Virus record (IMG/VR): IMGVR_UViG_3300036770_006414 | Span: 7,189-71,188 of that record | Direction: 5' to 3' (one strand) | DNA: 64,000 nucleotides | From: a virus | Shown here: positions 27,127-34,693 of the stretch, one piece after another | Layout: every line of letters starts with the position of its first letter | Numbering within the stretch: position 1 is the stretch's first letter | Program-made: the position numbers and the translations under genes | Notes under the pieces: model-generated | Told to the model about the DNA's origin: nothing | The model's database searches: none | What the model saw: only the letters and a program-made list of their open reading frames with translations

Positions 27127-27540
27127 ATGAGTGTAATAGATGCCAGCAGCCTTGGGCTGCGCTGGACAGAGCTGGAGCTGCCGTTCTCTTTGAAATACGG
27201 CCTCGTATATACGGAGGAGCCAGTGACCCTCTATATATACGACGGGGACTTTGTACAGCGGGTAAAACCGCGGAGGTACGAGCTGGAGGCTGCAATAACA
27301 GCCGACAAGGCTAATGTTGAGGCTGGCCTCGGGGTAAGCCTTGAGAACCTGTTTGCCTACAGTTCAGACCTTGAGCTGGTACAGGTATTACAATACAACA
27401 AGCCGCTGGATTGGTTCTGGCGGGTTACGAAGGGGGAAGGGTGTCCGTTTATTTATACTTGGCCGATGGTACTCGGGGAATTTTGCCACCAATTTAAAAT
27501 AGACCCACAATGGATCGAAGAGTTAATGCGGGAGGCATAG
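27127..27540 (+). CDS. hypothetical protein
   Basis: Likely ATG 27127. Confidence 0.65.
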   Translation: MSVIDASSLGLRWTELELPFSLKYGLVYTEEPVTLYIYDGDFVQRVKPRRYELEAAITADKANVEAGLGVSLENLFAYSSDLELVQVLQYNKPLDWFWRVTKGEGCPFIYTWPMVLGEFCHQFKIDPQWIEELMREA

Positions 27541-27689
27541 CCCTCGCTGTATTGGCCTTTGCTTTGGCCTCGGCTGGTACGTTTAGGTACTGGCTGGTAG
27601 ATAGCAGGGCATATTTGCTCTGCACGATAGTACAACTGGTGGCAGCTTTTGTCGCCATAGTACTCGCTGAGGTACACGAAAGCAAATAA
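27510..27689 (+). CDS. small membrane protein (59 aa, below the ORF track cutoff)
   Basis: Hand-translated MDRRVNAGGIALAVLAFALASAGTFRYWLVDSRAYLLCTIVQLVAAFVAIVLAEVHESK. Confidence 0.55.
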   Translation: MDRRVNAGGIALAVLAFALASAGTFRYWLVDSRAYLLCTIVQLVAAFVAIVLAEVHESK

Positions 27690-28059
27690 TATACGGGGTT
27701 CGGGTAGCGATACAGTCAACTCGCAAGTATCCGCTCGGACCCCCTCGAAACAAAATTCTAAAACAGGTATTCTATGGCGTGAAAATTACTCGTATTGTAT
27801 TCTGTTTGCAAGCATAAGCCGTTGTTACTGCGGCGCTTGCGCAGATCTACTGGCTCAACAGGGGTTAATTGGAGGGGGTTATTGGTTGTGGGTGCTGTTG
27901 GTTGGGCTGTGGGTTGTGTTAATTGGTCTAGAGGGTAAAGGTGCTGGGTCTATTCGGGGTACTTTGGAAGCCTCGGGTTGTACCAACAGGCCGAAATACC
28001 CAGCGACAGGGGCAATAAGCCTGCCCACATGTCGTTATGTATAAGAAAAAAATATAATT

Positions 28060-28302
28060 ATGAATATCACAGAGCGTTTATTGGGGCTAATTAGCCCCGC
28101 TCCCAGCAAGGACTTGAGTGTCCTTGTTGACAGGCAGTACCTAGCCGAGCGTGCTGCTGAAGCAATTGCCAACGGGGAGGACTTTGTTGTGCCCCATTAC
28201 TACCGTTATGCCTCGGGGTCTTTCCATCGGAGGAAGAAGGACGCCCAACACAACGCGAAGCGGATACAGATTGGTAAATTCAAATACTACTACGCGCAAT
28301 GA
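28060..28302 (+). CDS. hypothetical protein
   Basis: 80 aa with an A-rich leader. Confidence 0.6.
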   Translation: MNITERLLGLISPAPSKDLSVLVDRQYLAERAAEAIANGEDFVVPHYYRYASGSFHRRKKDAQHNAKRIQIGKFKYYYAQ

Positions 28303-28736
28303 GAACAGAAGCAGAAGTGCGCAGGTTCCTGCGCGATCAAGGCATTACCAAAGAGGTAATCCAAGGTATATATGGGCAGAAGCAAGCCCACTTGGCTGGG
28401 TCGGACAGGCCTGTATACCTTGTTGCTATGGGAGCGGTTGTTGATCTCGTAATGAACGACCCTCAGAAGCTCTCGGACTTTATGCATTATTGCTCCGAGC
28501 TTTTGATCGAGTCGTATACTGAATGGCCGCTTGGTATTATACAGCACCTTATGACCAGCGATGCTGGCAGGATAGCTGTTACTGACGCCTTGAGAGAAAA
28601 GGGCGAGCTTGGCGGGCTCATTGATTATTACCTGACCATGGAGGGCGTGGAGATGCTCTTCGATGGGGAGTACTACGGGGAGGTCACAATTGCTTCATCA
28701 GGTGGGGCATATATTTACCACGTCTTTATTCAATAA
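28299..28736 (+). CDS. hypothetical protein (paralog of 28740-29186)
   Basis: TEWPLGIIQHLMTSDAG...FDGEYYGEV. Confidence 0.7.
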   Translation: MRTEAEVRRFLRDQGITKEVIQGIYGQKQAHLAGSDRPVYLVAMGAVVDLVMNDPQKLSDFMHYCSELLIESYTEWPLGIIQHLMTSDAGRIAVTDALREKGELGGLIDYYLTMEGVEMLFDGEYYGEVTIASSGGAYIYHVFIQ

Positions 28737-28739
28737 ACT

Positions 28740-29186
28740 ATGACGACATCAGAAAAGCATGCCCGCGGGCTCATCAAAAAGTGGGGCTTAGACCCAGACG
28801 AGGTTGTCGAACGCTTGCACGGCGAGCGTGAGGCTCGCATCAAGGCGGGCGATACAGAACTGTATTTTATTCGGTACTCCGAGTTGCGCAACCGACTGTT
28901 TTGCAGGCCTAACTGGCTGCCTAAATTAATAGAGGACGCGGGCGAGGATGTGGTATCTTATGTGACCAAATGGCCTATTGAGGTGGTTACCTACCTCCTC
29001 TCGACGGAGGAAGGCATCGCGGTTGCTGCCAAGGGTATAAAGAGGCTGAGTTGTCATTATGCTTTGTATGACGCCCTTGTCAATCGGGGCAGGCATTTGA
29101 AGTACTTTGATGGATTGGCCGCTGGCGAGGTATGGGGTATTGACAGGCATTTAATGTTCCTAGACGTAGATGCCGTTAATATTTGA
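28740..29186 (+). CDS. hypothetical protein (paralog of 28299-28736)
   Basis: TKWPIEVVTYLLSTEEG...FDGLAAGEV. Confidence 0.7.
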   Translation: MTTSEKHARGLIKKWGLDPDEVVERLHGEREARIKAGDTELYFIRYSELRNRLFCRPNWLPKLIEDAGEDVVSYVTKWPIEVVTYLLSTEEGIAVAAKGIKRLSCHYALYDALVNRGRHLKYFDGLAAGEVWGIDRHLMFLDVDAVNI

Positions 29187-29300
29187 TAGGGGCAATTGTA
29201 GGGTCCTTGACGGGGATAAACCCTACGCTGCAAAGAAAAACCAATACAGCCCAATTGTGCGCTGGATTCGTACTATACTGGGGCTTGGTATTTAAATAAC

Positions 29301-29332
29301 GTCGGGAGGGAAAGGGTGCGAGTACCTCCCGC
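29301..29332 (+). repeat. family-B start-linked hairpin (degenerate)
   Basis: GTCGGGAGG...CCTCCCGC; 14 nt to ATG 29347. Confidence 0.65.
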
Positions 29333-29346
29333 TAAAAAATTACGCA

Positions 29347-29616
29347 ATGAAAGACGCAATCACAGACGCAATAATGAATCGGAGGTGGATACATTCCGAC
29401 TGGCCTTGGAGAGCCATTGACAAAAATGGGCATGATTGTTACTTTAAGGAAAGGCCTCTTAAAGGCGATATAGTATGGCTGCCAGCTCATCGGGGCGGTA
29501 ACTTTGTCACCGCGTCTCGCATCAGGGGTCGCTATGAAAACGAAGAGCAATGGCTGGCCGAAAACTGGGACAAAACAGTACAACACATCAACGAATTCAA
29601 CAACAATAATAAATGA
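29347..29616 (+). CDS. RPW-domain family protein 11
   Basis: RRWIHSDWPWRAIDKNGHDCYFKERP...WLAENWDKTVQ. Confidence 0.75.
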   Translation: MKDAITDAIMNRRWIHSDWPWRAIDKNGHDCYFKERPLKGDIVWLPAHRGGNFVTASRIRGRYENEEQWLAENWDKTVQHINEFNNNNK

Positions 29617-29897
29617 AAAAATACGTAATTAAGAAATCCGTAGAGTTCGCTATGCGTGCTGTTGTACGGGACCTGATCCAAGACTCTTGGAAGGGAAGAT
29701 TGTCTCTCAATGACGATATCATCTCGAGTATGAATGCCATTATCTGGGAGGCAACCAATGAAACCAGAGAGGCGGCGGTTAACAAGTTATTTTACGACAA
29801 GGAGCGCCCATGGGTGTTCCAAGAAAATTTCAATTACTTCCGCTTGGGGGTTGAAGATGGCAATATTGTCGCAATACCAGCAAACAAAGAACAATGA
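29613..29897 (+). CDS. hypothetical protein (paralog of 29894-30178)
   Basis: GRLSLNDDII...LFYDKERPWVF. Confidence 0.7.
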   Translation: MKKYVIKKSVEFAMRAVVRDLIQDSWKGRLSLNDDIISSMNAIIWEATNETREAAVNKLFYDKERPWVFQENFNYFRLGVEDGNIVAIPANKEQ

Positions 29898-30178
29898 AAT
29901 ACTTACTGACGACCTACGAGCAGGGTCGTAACAACTGGGCTGCCGTAGCCAACATGCTGCTCGAGCAGAACGACGCTGGAAAGATAAGGCTTAACCCCGA
30001 GGTAATCCTGGAGCTGGATACCCTGGCTAACGACCAGGACATCTACTCGGACGAGTTCTTGGAGACGGTCGACACCATCTTTGCTAACAAGAACCGCCCA
30101 TGGGTGTTTTCGCTCAACGACAACAAGTATAAACTAACCCTCGACACTGACGGCTTCTGCGCCGTTGTTGTCGAATAA
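29894..30178 (+). CDS. hypothetical protein (paralog of 29613-29897)
   Basis: GKIRLNPEVI...IFANKNRPWVF. Confidence 0.7.
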   Translation: MKYLLTTYEQGRNNWAAVANMLLEQNDAGKIRLNPEVILELDTLANDQDIYSDEFLETVDTIFANKNRPWVFSLNDNKYKLTLDTDGFCAVVVE

Positions 30179-30189
30179 AACAACAGCCA

Positions 30190-30627
30190 ATGAACGCATA
30201 TATTTTGCGAGAGAAGTACGGTGTGCCAGAGGACTTCGATGGTCTCGGCAGCTACATCGCAGAGAACCACGCGGTATCCTTCAAAATAGAGATGCTCTCC
30301 GAAAACATCGACAGCCGTATGGGCACAATGCCTAACTACCTTGTCAGCTCTCCCAAGGAGCGGGTAAGCTGGCTCAAGGCAGAAAACGACTTCGATGCAT
30401 GGCTCATGGCTCGCGCTGCAACTGGCGACGATACAGTTCTAAAGGTCGGGGACCGAGTGATTGACATACGGCTTGTACATGGCAGAGTCGTTGCGGAGGA
30501 GTTCGAGGACGGTAAGATGTGGGTCGTTATACAGCCCGACGGTGCAGAGCGAGTGACCAAGGTCCTTATCGACGGGCGTATTACCCCTACCTGTAACTAC
30601 AGACGCTGGAGAAAAGTAATCCAATAA
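30190..30627 (+). CDS. hypothetical protein (KOW/SH3-like C-terminus)
   Basis: LKVGDRVID...GRVV. Confidence 0.6.
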   Translation: MNAYILREKYGVPEDFDGLGSYIAENHAVSFKIEMLSENIDSRMGTMPNYLVSSPKERVSWLKAENDFDAWLMARAATGDDTVLKVGDRVIDIRLVHGRVVAEEFEDGKMWVVIQPDGAERVTKVLIDGRITPTCNYRRWRKVIQ

Positions 30628-30629
30628 CC

Positions 30630-30666
30630 GTCTGGAGGGGAAAGGTTGGTCCTCTCTCCTCCAGAC
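30630..30666 (+). repeat. family-B start-linked hairpin
   Basis: GTCTGGAGGGGA...TCTCCTCCAGAC; 15 nt to ATG 30682. Confidence 0.8.
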
Positions 30667-30681
30667 CTAAATTCATTTAAC

Positions 30682-31143
30682 ATGTTTAGCAAGAATTCAT
30701 TGATCTACACAATTCCATCCAACGGTCGCAAATCAGCCCTGTATGGCAAGATCATCGACGAGGATGGAGACAAGTTTACCGCCGAGCTAGTCGACGGGTC
30801 TGTTATATCTTTCTGCGGAGAAGGCCGAGAGTACATTAACGGCAACGTCTGGGAGGATACCCAGCCAACCGTCAGGCCAGCAACGGATGCCGAGAATCGG
30901 TATTTTATTGGTGGTCCTCTTGTATTCTTATCTGGGTTCATCACTCCCCTTCAACTTCACGCAATATATGTAGCATCCGACAGCGACTCACCTCTTGGAG
31001 AATCCCTGAAGTGCTTAACAACAATCCCAGATCCTGTAGAGGTTATTAACAGGATCATACTACAAATCGACGATGAATACCCAGAGGAACAAATAGCCCT
31101 AAAGCTACTTGAGCTGGCAGCTTCATTACTCACACGCAAATAA
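30682..31143 (+). CDS. hypothetical protein
   Basis: Likely ATG 30682. Confidence 0.65.
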   Translation: MFSKNSLIYTIPSNGRKSALYGKIIDEDGDKFTAELVDGSVISFCGEGREYINGNVWEDTQPTVRPATDAENRYFIGGPLVFLSGFITPLQLHAIYVASDSDSPLGESLKCLTTIPDPVEVINRIILQIDDEYPEEQIALKLLELAASLLTRK

Positions 31144-31153
31144 CATACACAAC

Positions 31154-31513
31154 ATGTTCTTTATCGTAAAGCCTACGGGCGTATATCAAGCTAGAATAGT
31201 AGACTCTGGGCTCAGGCACTTCGAGGTTGTTAAAATCATCAAGGGCAAGGAGGTTGGTCCCCCCGAAAAGGTAACGAAGTTGTACAGCCTCGAGGAGGCT
31301 TGCAATAGCTGGTGGCTTCGTTATGCTGAGCGCTCGGTTGTTTATTGGAGGGGAAATCTGGTGGCTTACATGCAGCTCGGCTATTTGGAGTCTGGTCGCT
31401 TCGAAGCCCACCTGTTAACCGAGGCGGGGATCGACGTGATACTCGACGAGAGCGAAGTTATATCTTCGAAGCAGGACCTTTTCACTAGGCTCACGAACGA
31501 ATTATTTTTCTAA
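31154..31513 (+). CDS. hypothetical protein (paralog of 31533-31892)
   Basis: FIVKPTG...KLYSLEEACNSWW...AHLLTEAGID. Confidence 0.7.
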   Translation: MFFIVKPTGVYQARIVDSGLRHFEVVKIIKGKEVGPPEKVTKLYSLEEACNSWWLRYAERSVVYWRGNLVAYMQLGYLESGRFEAHLLTEAGIDVILDESEVISSKQDLFTRLTNELFF

Positions 31514-31532
31514 ACGCACTAAATCAAATCGT

Positions 31533-31892
31533 ATGTTTATTGTGCATCCGAACGGCATCTTCAAAGCCAAGTTAAAGGAGTCGACTCCAGAGGGACTTGT
31601 TGTTGAAACAGAAAAAAAAGACGGTCCTTATTACGGTGGCCGCTATCTGGTACAAAAGGTTTACTGTCTCGAAGAGGCTTGCTACCAGTGGTGGCGCTTA
31701 TTCGCAGCGCACGAAGTTGTCATTATTGATGGGAAAATTGTGGAATACATGCGGCTATCGGAGTCTCATTCTGGCGAATTTTTTGCCCACCTGCTTACAT
31801 CTAGTGGAATCGATACCACTTTAAAAGACGAGGATACCATTAACTCTGCTGCGGTTCTTTTTCAAAAACTCAAAAAAATATTTTTCGCATGA
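31533..31892 (+). CDS. hypothetical protein (paralog of 31154-31513)
   Basis: FIVHPNG...KVYCLEEACYQWW...AHLLTSSGID. Confidence 0.7.
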   Translation: MFIVHPNGIFKAKLKESTPEGLVVETEKKDGPYYGGRYLVQKVYCLEEACYQWWRLFAAHEVVIIDGKIVEYMRLSESHSGEFFAHLLTSSGIDTTLKDEDTINSAAVLFQKLKKIFFA

Positions 31893-32200
31893 AACAAATG
31901 ATTTTTGTCGCAATCTTTGCATCACTGACAGCTTCCGCGCAGTATAGCGTCATTCAAATTTGCGGATACACTCAGCCAATTGTTAGCCTTGACAACTGCG
32001 AGGTAAACACGCTGCCCACCGAGATAACGATCCCCTGCTTAGGGTTGGTTATTTGCGACTTGGTCTCCGACAGCCAAGTAATCGATGGGGCGCTGTATAC
32101 TACATGGAATGGCGACGGCGTTACAGCTACACAGACCCGCAGCGAAGGGGGATTCAAAATGCTGATCGACGACAACGGCTGCAGGATTGTTATTCAATAA
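31889..32200 (+). CDS. hypothetical secreted protein
   Basis: MKQMIFVAIFASLTASA-Q signal peptide. Confidence 0.65.
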   Translation: MKQMIFVAIFASLTASAQYSVIQICGYTQPIVSLDNCEVNTLPTEITIPCLGLVICDLVSDSQVIDGALYTTWNGDGVTATQTRSEGGFKMLIDDNGCRIVIQ

Positions 32201-32211
32201 TCGCAAAAACC

Positions 32212-32415
32212 ATGGAAGGTAAAAGATTGTATAACCACCCATGTAATAGCAGGTGGGTAATGGATATCGATGAATTCCAAGAGCTTGTCGAAGAAGGGAC
32301 AATAACCGACGAAGACGGCCAAGGGTACTGGACAAAGGGTGCGCTTTCATCTAGGGACGACGTATTCGATACCCCACAAGAGGACGCAGACGGGGTTGTT
32401 TGGTTTAACAAGTAA
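32212..32415 (+). CDS. hypothetical acidic protein
   Basis: Likely ATG 32212; DEDGQGYW...VVWFNK. Confidence 0.6.
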   Translation: MEGKRLYNHPCNSRWVMDIDEFQELVEEGTITDEDGQGYWTKGALSSRDDVFDTPQEDADGVVWFNK

Positions 32416-32421
32416 CCCACA

Positions 32422-32467
32422 CCCAGCGATGGTCGCAGGCTGGTTCGACTCCAGCCGCTGGGCTAAA
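32422..32467 (+). ncRNA. family-A tRNA-elbow-like element 6
   Basis: CCCAGC-gatggtcgca-GGCTGG-TTCGACT-CCAGCC-GCTGGG-CTAAA. Confidence 0.85.
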
Positions 32468-32476
32468 TAAATTTTC

Positions 32477-33418
32477 ATGAATTACACAAAGATCAACATG
32501 GCCGACCACAACGGGGTAGAGGTAGAGGACCTCCCGAGCTGGGGGGCTATCGACACCTCGGGGTTCACGAAGTTCAGGAGAGCCCCGTTCTCTAACGGCA
32601 GGTTCTATTTCAACTCCGTCGATCCGTTCTTTTACAGCGGCCTTACTAACCCGTTGGGGAGGGTAATGGACAAACGACACCTGCATGCTGCAGCCATCAG
32701 AGCTGCCTACGAGGGAAGGGATACTCAATTCGAGTGGGAGGTGGCGGCCAACTATGGGACGATGTTCCATCTATTGGTTGGACTCCACGAGGAGGGAGCG
32801 CTTCAGTTCTCCTTCGAAAACGCGGACTGGGAGGGGGTGCTTGACTCGTTTGTTGAGGAGTACCGTTACTATGACTTCAGAAGGGTCTGGAGGGATCAGG
32901 TGCGCAATGACTTTGCCGCCTACTTCCAATGGAAAAAAGACTTTTCGGTCAGAGTACTCAGCACCGAGGTCATGGTAAGCGACAGACAGAATGCTGTCGC
33001 GACTCCGCTTGACATAATCTGCGAGATGATGTTTGGTAGGAAGAAGATCTATGCCAACGTGAACATCAAAACAGGGGACCATGCGTTCACGGAGGATAAC
33101 CTCCTCCAGATTGCGTGCGAAGCCCACCTCTGGAACAAGACCGAGGGAAAGCCCTTTAGCTTGTCTGGATCCTTCTGTTGGAGGCCAAAGAAAAGGAACC
33201 GAACGCCAGGTGCGTACGAGATGAGCAAGAATATGTGCTTAAAAACGGATACAGAGCTAACCGCCAGAATAGAATATGTCTTATATTCGGCCAAGCTGCT
33301 CGGGCTCAACAAGCCCAGCGGCAATATTGTAAGATACCATGGCGACCAAAACGAGTGGCGGGTAGAGAAACTCACCCCCGCGCAATGGTTGCAAGAATGG
33401 CAGAGCCTAGGTTTGTAA
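32477..33418 (+). CDS. PD-(D/E)XK-like exonuclease (putative)
   Basis: GTMFH, STEVMV, TPLDII, NIKTG, LQI follow the lambda-exo/Cas4-like motif order; the D/E of (D/E)xK is replaced by N. Confidence 0.55.
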   Translation: MNYTKINMADHNGVEVEDLPSWGAIDTSGFTKFRRAPFSNGRFYFNSVDPFFYSGLTNPLGRVMDKRHLHAAAIRAAYEGRDTQFEWEVAANYGTMFHLLVGLHEEGALQFSFENADWEGVLDSFVEEYRYYDFRRVWRDQVRNDFAAYFQWKKDFSVRVLSTEVMVSDRQNAVATPLDIICEMMFGRKKIYANVNIKTGDHAFTEDNLLQIACEAHLWNKTEGKPFSLSGSFCWRPKKRNRTPGAYEMSKNMCLKTDTELTARIEYVLYSAKLLGLNKPSGNIVRYHGDQNEWRVEKLTPAQWLQEWQSLGL

Positions 33419-33849
33419 TGAGCTACTTAAAAGGAAAACAGGCGGAGGCGGACTTTGCGGTTCGCTTTCCCCTTGTACGGTGGGCAACTACCGAGGAAGA
33501 TACGAGACTCCATTTCGATGGGGTCTTTTTAATATGGGATCGGGAGGTTCGGGTTGATATAAAGAGCCATCGATCTACCAATCGCGGTGAGGGTCCTGGT
33601 GAGTTCGCCTGGGTAGAGCTTATCAATGTTCGGGGCGAACGGGGGTGGCTCTTTGGGCAGGCCGATGTTATTGCCTTCCAATACAATGACCTGTGGCTTC
33701 TCGTCGAGAGGGAAAGGCTGGTTGATCTGGTCCTAGGTACTATCGAGGCGAAGATATCCAAGGAGCCTTTTTGCTTATACAGGCGCAATAACAGGAAGGA
33801 CCTCATCGTTATGCTCCCGTATGATGAAATTAAAAAAATCGCAACATGA
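33418..33849 (+). CDS. PD-(D/E)XK-family endonuclease-like phage protein
   Basis: GKQAE..F...HFDG...VDIKS...WVEL.NV.G..GWLFG.AD; TAATG-coupled start at 33418. Confidence 0.6.
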   Translation: MSYLKGKQAEADFAVRFPLVRWATTEEDTRLHFDGVFLIWDREVRVDIKSHRSTNRGEGPGEFAWVELINVRGERGWLFGQADVIAFQYNDLWLLVERERLVDLVLGTIEAKISKEPFCLYRRNNRKDLIVMLPYDEIKKIAT

Positions 33850-34310
33850 TGACCATCAAAAAAGCTAAGGAGTTATACGGCGACAAGACTGTTGCTGTGT
33901 ATCAGTTTGCTCTTTCGATTGGAGCAGATATGTCGATCTTCAAAGAGGAGATTGACATACTACCGCCGCCGAAGATCGATGACGCCTTCGTTCGATCGTT
34001 CCTTTCCAAATGGCCTACGCCCAAGGTTACGGGGCTGAGCTACGCCGTGGGCGGACAGAAGGCCGAGGTGAAGGCTAGGTTTGTTAATCTGCTCAAGAAG
34101 TGGGGTAAGATAACGGACACAGAGTTCAGTGAGGAGCTGGCGCTTTCTGCTACCGACATGTACCTAGCCCAACAGAAGAAGGAGGGATGGAAGTATACGC
34201 AGAAGGCATACAACTTTGTCCTGCGGGGGGAGGTAAGCATGCTTGCTTCCTACATGGAGCAAATTGCCAACGGGGAGGATACCACACAAAAACGGGGGTT
34301 CTATATATGA
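33846..34310 (+). CDS. hypothetical protein in the replication module (possible initiator/helicase loader)
   Basis: 154 aa; F...WP...Y..Q...W pattern; located near the DnaB-like gene. Confidence 0.45.
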   Translation: MMTIKKAKELYGDKTVAVYQFALSIGADMSIFKEEIDILPPPKIDDAFVRSFLSKWPTPKVTGLSYAVGGQKAEVKARFVNLLKKWGKITDTEFSEELALSATDMYLAQQKKEGWKYTQKAYNFVLRGEVSMLASYMEQIANGEDTTQKRGFYI

Positions 34311-34693
34311 TGAACGAAGAGTATTTTATGCGCATAGCCTGGGCTGTTGCTTCTGGTTCTCAATGCAAGCGAGCCCAGGTTGGTGCTGTCATTGTCGACG
34401 AGCAGAGGAGAATAGTGAGCACTGGCTTTAACGGCCAGCCCCGCGGGGTTGATAACAACTGCGAGGACTGCGAAGGTAATACGCTGCCAACGGTTATCCA
34501 TGCCGAGATGAATGCCATACTCTTCGCCTCCAGACCTTTGACTGGTTGCACCATGTATGTAACACACAGTCCTTGCAGCCGATGTTCTGCATTCATTATG
34601 CAGACGGGCCTCAAGGAGGTTGTTTACGATATTCCTTACAAACAAAACAGTATACTGACCAATGCTAGAAGAATTGATAGACCACATGCATAG
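34307..34693 (+). CDS. dCMP deaminase
   Basis: QVGAVIV, TGFNG, HAEMNA and SPCSRC zinc motifs. Confidence 0.9.
   Translation: MMNEEYFMRIAWAVASGSQCKRAQVGAVIVDEQRRIVSTGFNGQPRGVDNNCEDCEGNTLPTVIHAEMNAILFASRPLTGCTMYVTHSPCSRCSAFIMQTGLKEVVYDIPYKQNSILTNARRIDRPHA

Noticed and set aside
29190-29300. Short hairpins upstream of the family-B copy at 29301
   Set aside because: Weak stems (GTAGGG/CCCTAC and similar), single occurrence, no motif support.
24242-32467. GGTTCGA(C/T)TCC motifs as genuine tRNA genes
   Set aside because: Each element is only ~41-44 nt, with no D-stem, no anticodon arm and no CCA. Reported as tRNA-like elements instead.
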